This document shows, piece after piece, positions 1 through 12,570 of a DNA stretch of 64,000 bases; positions within the stretch are counted from its first letter, which is position 1, and the number at the start of each line of letters is the position of its first letter. The DNA comes from Harriotta raleighana (Eukaryota). The translations under genes and the position numbers were made by a program. The stretch spans positions 4,237,644-4,301,643 of the forward strand of contig JBNZDD010013718.1 of assembly GCA_050575255.1 (NCBI GenBank), written 5' to 3'. The notes beneath the pieces are model-generated. The model was given only the letters and a program-made list of their open reading frames with translations. It searched no databases and was not told where the DNA came from.

Positions 1-77
1 CGCCTATGTTACCTAGCAGTAAGTAATAACTACTAATAACCCGGTTATTAGTCAATTAGCAGATCACTTTTGTAGAA

Positions 78-230
78 GTAATAATCCTTTCAAAAATCAT
101 AATTGTCACTTGTTCCATGACTGTTTGTGGACACTGCTGCATTTTGCCCATAAACACTATGATTCGTCTCAAAGATTTGATAAGGCGCTATATCAAATGC
201 AAGATTTATTATTATGATTATTATTATTTA
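78..230 (+). mobile_element. SINE fragment (core plus tail) of the dominant tRNA-derived SINE family
   Basis: ccatgactgtttgtggacactgctgc core and ggcgctatatcaaatgcaagatttattatta tail, matching full-length copies at 4551, 40689 and 57405. Confidence 0.8.
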
Positions 231-2243
231 TTCTTTGCAGGAGACAAACAGCAAGAATACGCGTATAGTAGATAATTCATTTCTGATACAGTAAGGTAAG
301 AAATTATTTGATCCCTCAATGAGAGAAAATTAATATTGGAAATATTTCATGATTTGGTGAGAAAGCGAGAGAGCGAGAGACACACTCGTACATTGGCCTA
401 GGGGATAAAACATGCCAGTTGCTGCAGTCATTAACCTTTCCTTTGCACCCACGAAGATAATAACTGGCTGCTAGGTTAGCATTTGCATCGCAGCTATGCA
501 TTGCTTAATAAACCCCACCAGCAATACTCAATACAGGCTGTCTCTGCTATTCAGTACCAAAGCTCAAAGCATCTGTTCAGTGGCCAGGAAAACTGGAACT
601 TTTTAATAATTTAGATTACTTAGCTCCTGACTCAGGTCACATTCAAATGAACAAATTGTTTGCTTTCTCTGGAATCTTTAGAATAAGGCCTATAAAATGA
701 ATGTTAAGAAAAACTCCCCAAATACTGTAAAATTTTGTCTGTACAGTGTTGCATGAAAGCAATGAAGAAAGATAGTGAAATAACAAGCTATACAGCAATG
801 TGAATAGAAATGTTTGGAAGCTGGTCCATTTTCTTGTGAAACAACTTGTGCAAAAAAAGCTTCAAAATCAAGTCTCAATTAATATTTACTCAACAGATTC
901 TGCACAATCTTAAAATTTGATGACAATGGTTTTAAGACTAAGACTATGATTAAGGCTATGGCTATGCTAAAGCCTCTGGGTTCCCAACAATACACAACAT
1001 CAGGAATCCCAGCAGAATGCATGTTAGTAAGCGGGTTTTCCACATCTGTTTGTTTCCAGGAGATTCAGGAAAACATTTATTCAGTAACCCATTGGCTGGA
1101 AATGTTTCCTTGAGGCAGTTTCTCATTACTTTTAATGAATTCATTCAGCCTGAGATCAGTTTATGAGTACATTTTGCATTGATTCAATGTGAAAAATATA
1201 GCAAAACAATGCAAAATTTAACATATAATTAGGACTTTTACACCATAAAATACTGGAAGTGGTTTGACTGCAGAAAACACTGAGAGCGTCTATGATCCAA
1301 TGCAAAATTACCACATATGCAAAACAAGGTGCAAATAGACTTTACCCCCACTCCACCCCCAAAAATATTCAATAGGGAATAAATACTTGAGAAAAGCAAC
1401 CAATACTATAATTACTTGCCTCAAAAGGGACAGATAAACATCTGTATAACAATTGAACGTACATATCGAGAGGGAAGGTCAAATGTTCCATAGAATGAAA
1501 CAGTTTATGAGACAATGACATATTTTTGTATGAAGTCAGTCAATCAAAGAGTACTAAAGTAAGTTTCAAGTTCAGAATAATGTTCTAGTATTTTATATAT
1601 TAACTATGGCAGGGAAAACATTTTTGCTCAATGCCTTCCTGCTAAAGATTTCCCAAGTGGGTAAAATTTGCACATTGGGAAGGCCAGTATGTAACCAAGT
1701 CACAGAGGATGAAAAGGATGAATTAGCTAATTTCAGCCAGGGTGACCTGTAGACATGTTCCTGAGTATAAGCCAGCATGCATAAGAGAAGGACTGGAGAA
1801 ATTGGGGAAGAAGCAAAAAAAAGCAAAACAAACTAAATCCAGGAAATGTTCAGGCATGAATGTGCATGCACTGCAGGTCTTTTTCTAACTACTTTATGAA
1901 TCAAAAGGTACATGATTCACTTATCCTTTTTATTAAAAAAAGGAAAACTTATGGTATAAAGTCATTACAACAAGAAAATGTGTTTAAACGTTTTGAATGA
2001 CTAAGAGAGCAAGAAGCTTACCTTGCTTTCAGGCGATGATAATCATTAGGTTTTAATGCTTCACTTTTTCAATCTAATTACACTAAGGTAAATATTCCAT
2101 GACTAAGTGTTGAAAGTTCATTGTGAGTATTGTGCAAGCAGTGAAAGTCACCATATTGGGTAGCCAACGCCACCAGTTCAGGGGTTTATAAAATTGTTCT
2201 TGGAAGCTTTGCAAATGATAACATTATCTCCAGTAACAGATTT

Positions 2244-2288
<45 letters not shown>
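2244..2288. repeat. Compound (TG)n(TA)n microsatellite
   Basis: Directly visible dinucleotide runs. Confidence 0.97.
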
Positions 2289-2354
2289 GGACACATACAC
2301 ACCCACACATATTATCAAATAAAAGGAAAAGCCAAGCAACTATTTTCACAAAAA

Positions 2355-2575
2355 TAGTTGAGACAAGCCTTCAGCCCACTTAATCTCAACCTTCTAGCTT
2401 CCCACCTCTCTTTACTCCATCAATTAGGTTTGTTCATAGGTCCAGTGTCATACCCTCTACCCTATGCATAAAGGAGTTTTTTTTCTTCGTGTGTTGCCTA
2501 AAACTACCCTTCACAAGTTTGAACTTGTCCCTCTTGCTCTGGCTCTTCTGCACATCCAAACACTCCTGATTTTGG
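2355..2575 (-). mobile_element. Degraded CR1-like LINE 3' end
   Basis: aagccttcagcccac... and cctaaaactacccttcacaagtttgaacttgtccctcttg resemble the antisense CR1 3' region and the old copies at 12370 and 24590. Confidence 0.5.
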
Positions 2576-3663
2576 TGCAGAGTGAAATGAATAAATGCAT
2601 CATGGAAACTTCAGGAAAAAACATTGCACTAGAGAATAGTGCTAAAGTATATAAACTGCACCCATGTTACAGACCCTTCCCAAAGTTAGAAGATCACAAT
2701 ATTTACCAACGTGCAAGATCATTACTACTCATGAAATTGCAACTCATGAAATACACTCTCATTGGAATGCACCTTCTGTATTTCATTGCTTTTATAAGCC
2801 AGGCAACAGTCATACGATTGAAATACACAACAAAACAGTTTGGATTATGGTTTATACTCCTGGAATTGGAACAATAAAAACCTAAAAGTTTCTGAAATAC
2901 TAACAATATACTAGACTAGGCTTTTTTGACCCTGGGGTGTATATTTCATCCCCATTTAGTAGCAAATTATAAACTGCTCAGGAAGTGTACATGGAAGGTG
3001 GCAGCTCATGCAAATGCTAACACAATACCATCACTAGGAATTTAATGACCTCCATGGACTCAGATAACAGCATTCGAACCCTGGGAGGCTGGACTCCTTG
3101 GGTGGCTATGTCTATTTAATGAACTTCATTAGTCTAATGCCTTCAGCAGTATTCTAACATAGGACACTTTGACAATATAGTAAACGGGAAAATTCTAATA
3201 CTGTATGTGGGTTCCTATAATAGCATTTGGCAATAAACCTCATGCTTTTTTTATATCATACAACCACATACAAAAAGATTTTTTTTAATAAAATAACTTA
3301 TGACACAAGAATAGAGATCACGATATTTCCTTGTTTTTGCCAAGTTTAAAGGCATGTTTAATGTCAGTGATCTTTAATTTTCACAAGGGAAAAAGTCAAT
3401 GCAAATGGACAAAACTTGAATTTTTATAGCCTTTCAGAAATAATGAAATTAGAAAATGTTAAATGTGCCGATTTGTGAAAGGACCAGCACGGCCAAACAA
3501 TTTACAAGAGGAGAGAAATTGGATGACTTCCAAACAGAAATCCATTCCCATGGCTTTCATGGAGGCTTCAGCGGGAAGCAATAATGGTTTAAACAAAATA
3601 CATTTGCCAATTTTTACCCTCTTTATGTTTGAATAAAGATATGAAATGGAAATTGTTGTAAAA

Positions 3664-3790
3664 TATAATCTTTGCATTTGATACAGTGCCTTTCGTTTCA
3701 GGAGGATGTCTCAAAAAGCTTTACAGGATTTTTACTGAAAAGGGTAGATGACTATACTTTGTCCACGTACAGCCAAATTGCGCAACATAA
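3664..3790 (-). mobile_element. SINE 3' fragment
   Basis: ataatctttgcatttgatacagtgcctttc...cagccaaattgcgca is the reverse complement of the family tail and core. Confidence 0.75.
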
Positions 3791-4550
3791 AGGAAGTATT
3801 TTACAATTTATTAAGTGAACCAATTGTTCATGTTTTTGTTAGAAAAAAGCTGAATCAGACCAGAAAAACAAAACTGAGTGATAACATTAAGTCGGCAAAC
3901 AGTCTATTCCACAAGTGACGCATGAACACAGAGTGTTCTCATGAGAAGCATAAACATTGATTAATAGATTCTGGGGTGCTGCTGCAATTTTTTTTAAAAA
4001 GCATTTGGTTCAGAGGTTATGGTCCAATTTCCCCTTTCCTAAAAACTCTCACGCTGCAGCATTCTGCTACAGTGGGAAACGTGCTCAAAGATCTCTTCCG
4101 ATGGCACTCGTTTGGTTAGACTTAAGAGAGATAAGCCACGCAGTGCAATCTTAACTCAAGTTTTCATTCTCTCTCCTTCCACGATAAGCTGCAAACACAT
4201 GGTTTGGGTCAGAGAATCAGCAGAGTGAGTGCGTTTTACCTCTTTTTGCATGCGTGTTACATTGCTTAAGAGTGAGTAGCTTCAACTACTACAACACTGC
4301 AGTCCCAGAAAACAAACATTCTCATGCAAAAACACACAACTTCAATGTAGTTCCATTTGTAAATAACACCCATTCGAGAGAGAATTTGCCCACAAAGGTT
4401 CTTAGACCAGCAAAATGAGCTGAGTTGATTCTACTGTATATGGAAAGTAGACACCTCGAGAAAGCCAATACTGTGAAGACTGAAAATAGATTTGTTTTCT
4501 CTCTTGCAAATGCTATCAAACTCAGGTCAAGTACCTCTTATACCAAGTAA

Positions 4551-4856
4551 ATAATAAGAATATTCCTTGCAGTTGATATAGCACTATTCACGTCTTATAG
4601 ATGTTTCAAACTGCTTCACAGAATATACTGTAAAATGAATCGACTATATAACTGTGGATAAAACGTGGCCACTAATTGTGCACAGCGGTGTCCCACAAGT
4701 AGTTGTGGATTGAAACAACCAATTTATTATCCGTATTTTTTCTTGAAGGATTAATATCAGGCGTGGGGAGTAAGGAAACTCACCCTGTCTGGAATCAAAC
4801 CCAGGTCTCTCGCTTGGTAAGGCGAGTGCTCTAACCATTGAGCTCCAGGACTCCAA
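4551..4856 (-). mobile_element. Full-length tRNA-derived SINE (Deu-like core, L2-type tail)
   Basis: Minus-strand head TGGAGTCCTGGAGCTCAATGGTTAGAGCACTCGCC...GGGTTTGATTCC with Pol III A/B boxes, core tgtgggacaccgctgtgcacaatt, and (TTA)n-type tail. Confidence 0.92.
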
Positions 4857-5223
4857 ATATGTACTCTAACTGTTATAAACAAGATAAGAATATTCACACT
4901 TTTTCAAAATGCCAGCTATCTTCTCTCCTCTTAAATAAATATCCTTAAATGGTTCTGTATTTACCCGAGTGCGGCGTAGATATTGAACAAGAACAGTTTG
5001 AAACACATTGGCTGGTTTCTCAAATACTATCTCAACACAACATTCCAGCTCATCCAGCCGGCCAAGTGTTTGGCCTGCCAGCATCTCTATTTTGCAGTCG
5101 GATCAACTTAGGTTAAAAAAGGAGTTGAGCAACACATGATCCAAGAGGGAAATTTCTTCTATAATTGAAATCTGTATCAACATTTCAACAGTTTGAGCAC
5201 GGGAAGGCACCTTAACTTTAAGT

Positions 5224-5518
5224 CAGTGGTTCCCAACCTCAGGTCCCAACCGAAATCTAGGTCGCGGGGGCCTCAGTTGGATTGTGAAGGGTCACCAGAA
5301 TTTTTTTTTGTTGCTTTTTTTAATATTGAAAATGCTTTTTTAATGCTAAAAAAAAGTGCCCAATTTGTTTGAAAGCGCGAATTGCACTGAGTCCACAAAA
5401 GAGACGGAGATATTGTTTTGGCTGAGCTTCGCTTCAGTCGCGATGTCACCCCTTAAGGGTCAGGAGGACCTGTTGGTGGCTAATTTGGGTCACAGCAAAA
5501 AAAGATTGGGAACCACTG
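5224..5518. mobile_element. Non-autonomous hAT (Charlie-type) DNA transposon
   Basis: TIRs CAGTGGTTCCCAACCT ... AGATTGGGAACCACTG (15/16); 8-bp TSD ctttaagt (5216-5223) / ccttaagt (5519-5526). Confidence 0.92.
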
Positions 5519-6030
5519 CCTTAAGTGAACTGAGGTTTAGCCTATCAAACCATTTTATCTTAACATTTATGACTATAGAATAGAGAAAAATGCTATCTGA
5601 AATCTCCCTCAGGTCAGGGAGAAGTACAAGGAAAGGGATTTAATTTGCCATTCAGTCTTGTTACGTGAGCGGGTCTTTTTAAAGAATTGCAGTAAATCAA
5701 CTTCCAAATTAAGAGTTACAACAAAATGGTCTGATAAGCTAAGACTAGGTGGAATCTCAGACCTCCAGTGTTTGTAGAAAAATCTTCAAATCAGAGCATA
5801 CAAGAAAGCAATTCAATGCATGTTGGTGGTAACTCAGAACTTCCTTTAGCTCCCACCTCAGTGAGTACGACCACGATTCCTTGAATTTACAGTAATTCCT
5901 TGCAATTAAACGCTTTGAGACATTTCAACATCATAAATGCCATTTCAAATGCAAGGATTGCTATAATCTCTTTTTCAACAAACTTTAGCTTGTAAAGATG
6001 ACCACTGAGACTGAAAGGAAGGCAATGAAT

Positions 6031-6362
6031 CAACAAAAACAACAAACAACAACAACATTATATTTACAGAACACCTTTCACGTCGGGAGGACGTCCCAAG
6101 GCTGTTAGGTTGGGACCCAAGCAAGGGAGAAGAGAAGGGTAGGTGGGAGGGGCGGTAGAGAGTTTGGAGGGGAGAGAGACAGTTGGGAGGGCAGCAGAAG
6201 GCATGGTCGAAGAGGAGGGTCTTCAGACCAGCCTTGAAGGAAGCGAGGGAGGGAGCGAGGTGAAGGGACTGAGGGATGGAGTTCCTGAGTGTGGGGGCAG
6301 AGAGGTTGAAAACCCGTCCGCCAATGGTAGGGCAGGTCGGGCGAGGGACATGGAAAAGATGC
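6031..6362 (-). mobile_element. L2 LINE 3' end
   Basis: ORF 5975-6379 contains GGRVFNLSAPTLRNSIP...SLASFKAGLKTLLFDHAF (L2 ORF2 C-terminus); tail ccttgggacgtcctcccgacgtgaaagg plus (TTG)n. Confidence 0.92.
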
Positions 6363-6743
6363 AGTGGATAGTATATCATTAAAATGAGATAAGTGAAAGG
6401 GATGAGTTATGTGTTGCTGTCATTTAAACCTTACCGCAATGTAGGTGCAGTGCAGCATTTAACTAAACGGATCTGAAACCCTCCCCAATACCCAGGAGAA
6501 GACAAGATGAGATACCTTGTTATATCTCATGTAAACCAGTCTGAAATCGCCCTCAGGTCAATATATTTTTGAAGTACAAGGAATCTAATTTGCCATCATT
6601 GTAACCCAGATTAGTTTGGCTAATTGCAACTTGCAGTTTGCAAAATTGAGAACACAATTTGAAACCTTTGAGCCCCAAATCATTAAAGTCTGTAGTTACG
6701 AGCCACCACACAACTCTGTAAAACCAATCCATCAATAAAATTA

Positions 6744-7165
6744 GGACATCCTAAGGCGCTGGACAGTCAGTGTTTGGCCCCGAGCTGGGGTCAGTATCAG
6801 GGAGGCTGGAGGAAAGTGGAGGATGGGGGGCGACCAATGGCACGGTCAAAGAGGAGGGTCTTGAGGTCTTGAAGGAGGCAAGGCGGAGAGATCGCAGGAT
6901 GGAATCCCAAAGGTTGGGGGCAGTGGCTGAAGGCTTAACCGCCGATGGTAGAGTGGGTGGTTGGGGGATATGGAGCAGATCGGAGCCCACTGAGCGGCAG
7001 GAACAGAGAGGTTGGTAGGGGGCTCGGAGGTCATAGAGGTAGAGGAGGGACAAGGCCATGGAGGGCTTTGAAGGGGAAGACCAAGATCTTAAATTGAATC
7101 CTTTGTGCGTTGGGAAGCCAGTGGAGTCAATGAGGACTGATAGGTTTGTGTAGCCTGATGCGGGA
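6744..7165 (-). mobile_element. L2 LINE 3' fragment
   Basis: Frameshifted L2 ORF2 C-terminal motifs (APNLWDSI, ASFK) and the same 3' UTR as copies at 20641 and 41557. Confidence 0.9.
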
Positions 7166-7861
7166 GAGGACAGCAGCACACCAACACAAACTATAATCAG
7201 GCTCGAACAAAATTCACAGCAGCTTGAAGCCGTGATCCATCTTCCCAGTATTGCATTTTGTTCAGTCAATACAATTTCTCGTCTGTGTGGCATTTTGTGA
7301 TTGCACTGCATATAGAACAGGTGTAATTCAGTAGTAATTATAACACAATTATGAATTAATTGATAGCAATTAAAAGAGAATGCAATGTGCAAAGGAAAAC
7401 CATCAAACTGTCATCAGATCCGGCATTGTGGTCTGCTGAGAGCTTTTGATTTGTCACCAAGTAACCGATGAAGACAGCTGTTAAACAGGACACTTTCTCC
7501 TCCAATCCAATTCAAAGGAATTGAACATCTTGAGTACTCTAAGTTAATAACAAATACTACAGGCGTCAACATACCCTGAGGCACATCATATCTTTGCTAG
7601 TCCCACAAAGAACAAACTAGCGTATGGTGCATTTTTGCAAAACAAAACTCTGAATCTGATCTTATCAAGTTTTGAGTTTAAACAGGCCAACTTCATAGTG
7701 ACATTTCATCCAATAGTACATGTTGTTTACTTCAGATTTCATTACTATGGTTTTTTTTATGAAGCTAACATCTGGTTTTAATTGTTTTGTTTAAAAAAAA
7801 ATCAATGTAAAAGAGGCTGTTAGCTATCACTTTATGTAATGGGAATGCTTTACAAAGTAAA

Positions 7862-8135
7862 ATGGAAGGAAGATGACCAAACTCATGGTCGAAGAGGAGG
7901 GTCTTGATACAGGTCTTGAAGGAGGGGGCAAAGCAGAACAGAATTCCAGAGAGTGGAGGCAGAGGGCAGAAGGTTTGCCTGCCAATGCTAGGGATGTGAA
8001 GCTGGCCTGACTTGCTGAGTGGAGGGAATGGGATAGTGGGATAGTTGATAGTGGGTTAGGAGGTCACAGAGATAGGGTTGAGCAAGGCCATGGAGGGCTT
8101 TAAAGGTGAGCACCAGGATCTTGAACTGTATTTTC
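7862..8135 (-). mobile_element. L2 LINE fragment
   Basis: catggtcgaagaggagggtcttga...caaggccatggagggctttaaaggtgagcaccaggatcttgaa shared with the other L2 copies. Confidence 0.88.
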
Positions 8136-9039
8136 TGTGTGTTCTTTAATTTATTTTCTATCTTAGTTATTGTCCTATCTTAAAATTCCAAATCCACAGT
8201 GTTAACTTAAAAGCTGGTTTATTTTGAGAAATGTAAATTGAATTCTGCTTAGCCAAATAGTGTACATGTTGGGAAGAATTTTGGTGCCAGTGTAATGAAG
8301 TTATTTTATTGTCAAAATACCCCCAAAACACTAAGAGAGCATGTGTTAGCGCACACCAGAGATGGAAAGCTTTTCATGATGTGGCAACACTATCGCGTTA
8401 TCATTTGTCATGAATTTCACTGCGGTTTTGTTTACTGCAACACGGCATTATCTAAGATTACACAAAAAAGGTAGAGTAAGGTCAATCACTGGCAGTCATT
8501 CTTCTGAAGATCAAAACAGGCCAACTTCATGTTACTCACAGAGAAAATGTTCATGAGTCATACCATATTTTTCTATGCAGCTGTTGATGATCCCTTCAAA
8601 CAAAACAAGTGAAATTCAACACCTTTCACATGGTCTATAATTCTATAGCCTTATTGACACCTTGAAACAAATACTTTCTTTTTTTAAGATTCCCTGAGCC
8701 TCTTAAAGGCTTACTTTGAATATAGAGGAAACATGCTTTGTTCCTACTTTGATTTCTGAAATGACTAGGTCCGGATTATCGTTTATTCTTGTTGCTTAGA
8801 TGCTGCAATGTTCAATTGAAGCACAGTGATCAGACGACTTCAATACTCAAAAGTATGCAGTGTTCAACCTAAACGTAAAGTATTGTAGTTTGAATTTGGC
8901 ACCTTGGGATCAATTCAGAAAACAACACAACTGTCATATATATTCAAACAACTCCAGAATAACATCCTGAGGTTTTCCAAGCAATAGTTATCAAGAGTTT
9001 TATGTGAGAGTCATATGGCCTGTGACAGTGCCATCTTGG

Positions 9040-9310
9040 TTCCCAGGTTTTGCAAGGTGTACAGACCAAGGTTTCTACTCCTATGGCTATTGACTGACTG
9101 GAGATGTCTAGCATGATCAGTTTGGATGTGACAGCTCAGTGAACAGCTCATGAACATTCACGATCAAGTGATAAATCACACATCAATAGTGGGCACTTGG
9201 ACAAGCCATTGACAGGTGATTGGAATCTGTGGAACCACACTGCAGTGGAAGGGAATAAAAGGAGTCAAATACCTTCAGCAGGGAAGAGGAAGGTGGGAGG
9301 AGAAAAAAAA
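9040..9310 (+). mobile_element. Old SINE-like element (second, unnamed family)
   Basis: 3' part gggcacttgg...ggaac...aaaggagtcaaat...ggaggagaaaaaaa recurs at 9775-9897; related segments lie antisense at 22700 and 35655. Confidence 0.55.
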
Positions 9311-9754
9311 GCCTTACTCTGGAGATTTACGGCACATCATTTAAAAGTTTTGGAATACATTTGTTCAAAAGCTCAGATGCAATACTGACTCTCCTTCAGT
9401 TGGTGTTCATGCAGGGTTGTCATCAAGTACCCAGATAGTTGAACAATAAAACTGTGCAGGTAGATGAGTCATATGTACCTGAGGCTTTTGGGTTGAAATA
9501 CATGTATACACATGCACAAGGGATGACATTTGTATTTTGCAAAGAAAGAATATTTACCTTGGACAGAATACAAATGCATTGAATATATTGCAGCATGTCT
9601 CAGTAGCTACTTGTCTTAATCTATGTTTTTAATGAGTCAATCAATCAAGTACAATGCTGTGACCTGAAGAAAGCTGAAGGTATACTTTAAATAACATATT
9701 TCTGATTAGCAGATTTTCATTTAAGTCGAGATGCCCTCTGCAGTTAAGAGGTCT

Positions 9755-9897
9755 GACGACACAGGCTGTCAAGACTCACACTGAATAATGGTCTCTTGGT
9801 TTAAGTACCCGAGGGCGTCGAGTGCCCAAGGAACTTTACCCAGGTAGGAGGGAAAGGCAGTCAAATGCTCTCAAGAAATGATTGGAGGAGAAAAAAA
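9755..9897 (+). mobile_element. 3' fragment of the same old SINE-like family
   Basis: aaaggcagtcaaat...ggaggagaaaaaaa similar to 9255-9310. Confidence 0.5.
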
Positions 9898-10270
9898 TAT
9901 TAATCATCCTTGTGTTTGATATAGCATCTTAAGACACCTTAAAAACATCTCCGAGGACTTCACAGGAAAGTCTTATGACTCTGTAACTGCAGCAGAACAA
10001 GGCATCCACAGCACAACAAACCATGGAGTGATCGACTAATTTTATTTTGGGGATTGTGAGATGGGACTGCCTTCTATTTACCCAGTGAAAAGGGATTTTT
10101 AACATCCACCTGAACAGGCAGACATGACCTTGAACTAAAGTATCCTCCAAAGGATGACACCTCCGACAATTCAGTACTACACTAGTGTCAGATTATGAGC
10201 TCAAAGTCCCAACATGGGACTTTAACCCACAGCATTCATTGATGATAGTATTACCAACTGAAGCAGGCAC
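9898..10270 (-). mobile_element. Ancient DeuSINE (SacSINE1-like) copy
   Basis: gggatttttaacatccacctgaacaggcagac...gacacctccgaca...gctcaaagtcccaacatgggactttaacccaca resembles the antisense shark DeuSINE body and tRNA head as I recall them; L2-type tail at 9898-9965. Confidence 0.75.
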
Positions 10271-10589
10271 GCAGTCACCTAGCAAATTAACAAGAAAAAA
10301 GATCAAACATAAAGTCTCAACTATGATATTCACTGCCTTTAACCATAATAATCTACAATTGAACATGATTCAGATTTATTATTAAGCAAAAACTCATTAT
10401 AGTTGGATTTTCCAACATATAGTTCAATACCAGTTTTGCCACATAATAGTAATAATCCTGAAACAAAATGTAGCAGCAAAGAGAAGGTACAATTAAAAAA
10501 AGTGTCAAATCTAAAAGAATGCCCAATTCATTTAAATTCAAGTGAATGTTTTTTTGTGCCAGCGATAGATTTTCTTTGCAGATGTATTG

Positions 10590-10748
10590 CAATACTGCAC
10601 ATAGCATAATTCTGTGTACAAATTGGCTATTATGTTTCTCTACAAATGACACAGGCACTACACTTTACTATAAATTCGATGAAGCTCTTTGAGATGTTCT
10701 CCTGACATGAAAGCCACTATTTCAAATGTACGGATTATTATTATGATT
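10590..10748 (+). mobile_element. SINE 3' fragment
   Basis: ctgtgtacaaattggct...ctttgagatgt...caaatgtacggattattatta. Confidence 0.75.
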
Positions 10749-10934
10749 ACATTGTGCATTACATGGTTAAGAGAAAATAATTCAAGTTAAAACACTACAT
10801 TTGGCATAAATTGCACACCATTATTCATCGTCTCATTGATTTTGACACATTTGCCATCTGCAGCCAAATGCAGTGCCAGTCCATCCTAAATTGAATAGAA
10901 ATATTAATTATCTTTAACCCTACATATATTGGGG

Positions 10935-11078
10935 AAGTCAATCCATGACTGTTCATTCTGACAATGATGTGCCTAACTGGCTACTGCGTTTCGACCACAA
11001 AATATACAGTCAATTCATATTCTGTGAGCGCTTTGAGATGTCTCAATTACACTATGTCAAATGTAAGGATGATTATTT
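10935..11078 (+). mobile_element. SINE 3' fragment
   Basis: caatccatgactgtt...gcgtttcgaccacaaaatatacagtcaattca...gcgctttgagatgtc. Confidence 0.8.
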
Positions 11079-12102
11079 AAAATAAAACAGAGTAGGATCC
11101 CAAGATGACTGCAAAATAAGACAGTTAAAAATACAAAATGCTGATGGTTTGCCTTTTAATCAATTCAGTTTACAATAAAAAGAGATTTGGCTTCTGCTCG
11201 AGTAATGTAGATGGAAACCATCTGCTCGCTGACTCACATCAATTGCATTGAAGTGTGCAGCTCCTGTCATCATCTCTAATCAAACTGTGTTTAATCTCCC
11301 CGGTGGAAGGCCTTTTACTCCACGCTTCTTAGTAAGTTGGTTCCTCAGATGGATGATATTATAGGAATAGTGTCAAGTGTGACCTTAAGAGACGGAAACA
11401 TTAATGTGGTATAAACTGCAGTGCAGTTTAAGGACTAGCCCGAGTGAATTAATAGAAAAAAACATAACCACTGAACTAGGCTAAAGGATATGAATATGCG
11501 TCATTGTAACATGAATTCTATGCAAACAAACATATGGGTACATCCCGTACTTAAACGCATGCATTCAACCTCCAAAGAGAAAACAGCATGTTAAAATGGA
11601 GTACACATTTCTTGGATTTAAAACAGTTTGAAAATCTGTCACTCCCACGTAAAAAGAAATGCCACATCTTGTCACAACAACAGCACCCAGCTTACTTGCA
11701 CATAGTGCTCTTCACAAAGGATAACATCTCAGAGCATTTTAAAGGAAGAGGTCAGGCGTCGAGCGAGGGAGAAGGGGGAGGGGAAGGTTGTCACAGGACT
11801 GTTCTAAGAATCAGTATTGTTTCAGGCTCCAGATAGTATGTGATAGTTATTGAGCTGGTAAGAGTTCCACACACAGCTTTTATTTGATTTGAAGGGTTGT
11901 TTGGAGCACTGGAGCATCACCTTCTCTTTGAAGTATTTGTGATAATGGCCTGTCGTAAATTGCACTCAATAAATTTGCTTCAAACAAAGCTTAAGCAAAT
12001 TCCATCTAAACATTTCTCTCTGAAAGCTCGGCACAGCGAAAGCTCGGCATATCAAAGCTGCGTAATTTAAATAAGATTACCTTTGTTGAGAACAGTACGA
12101 GT

Positions 12103-12225
12103 GCTATTTTTGGGGAGCAAAATAAAATTTTGAAATGGTATTTGTAATTATCCGGACGATTTTGTGTTTTGGCAATATTTACTTGGGAGATCGTTCAAAT
12201 TTTAATTTTCCCGCCCAAAAGTAAT
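12103..12225. repeat. Imperfect inverted repeat, probable decayed MITE
   Basis: Left arm ctatttttggggagcaaaataaaattttgaa versus reverse complement of right arm ttacttttgggcgggaaaattaaaatttgaa. Confidence 0.55.
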
Positions 12226-12365
12226 GTCAAGATACAGACCATCTACCAAGGATTTTCATTTCTAACACAAGTCTTGATGAAATGTCACTAGCTGTTGGAA
12301 TATGGACACAAGGTTAGTTTGGATAAATAGCATTGTGGTTCCAATCTGGCCTTTGATCTTTTAAT

Positions 12366-12570
12366 TGATCATAAGATTGAGTCATAGGATTGGTTTGGAT
12401 GAAAAAGAACCTTTGGCCCATTTAATCTCCTCAATCCAGAATGCCTACCATTCTGTCCTCCCATCACAGTATCAATCTCTTCAGTTAAATGAGTCCAGTA
12501 TCCTGGCTTCAACTAATGTTACAGTTAATTTCCCACTGAGTAGAGAAAAACTCCTCTTTAATTTGGGAGC
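12366..12570 (-). mobile_element. Old CR1-like LINE 3' end
   Basis: ggatgaaaaagaacctttggcccatttaatc...atccagaatgcctacc...cccatcacagtatcaa...aatgagtccag, collinear with the copy at 24590 and partly with 40458. Confidence 0.65.

Noticed and set aside
2464-2877. 137-aa ORF
   Set aside because: Begins within an antisense CR1-like remnant; no recognisable homology
4866-5084. Minus-strand ORF LDELECCVEIVFEKPANVFQTVLVQYLRRTR with a possible donor
   Set aside because: Weak acceptor, in-frame stop just upstream, peptide not recognised
6751-7392. Longest ORF (213 aa) as a protein-coding gene
   Set aside because: Its C-terminal two-thirds is a frameshifted L2 remnant and the rest is low-information sequence; no gene structure
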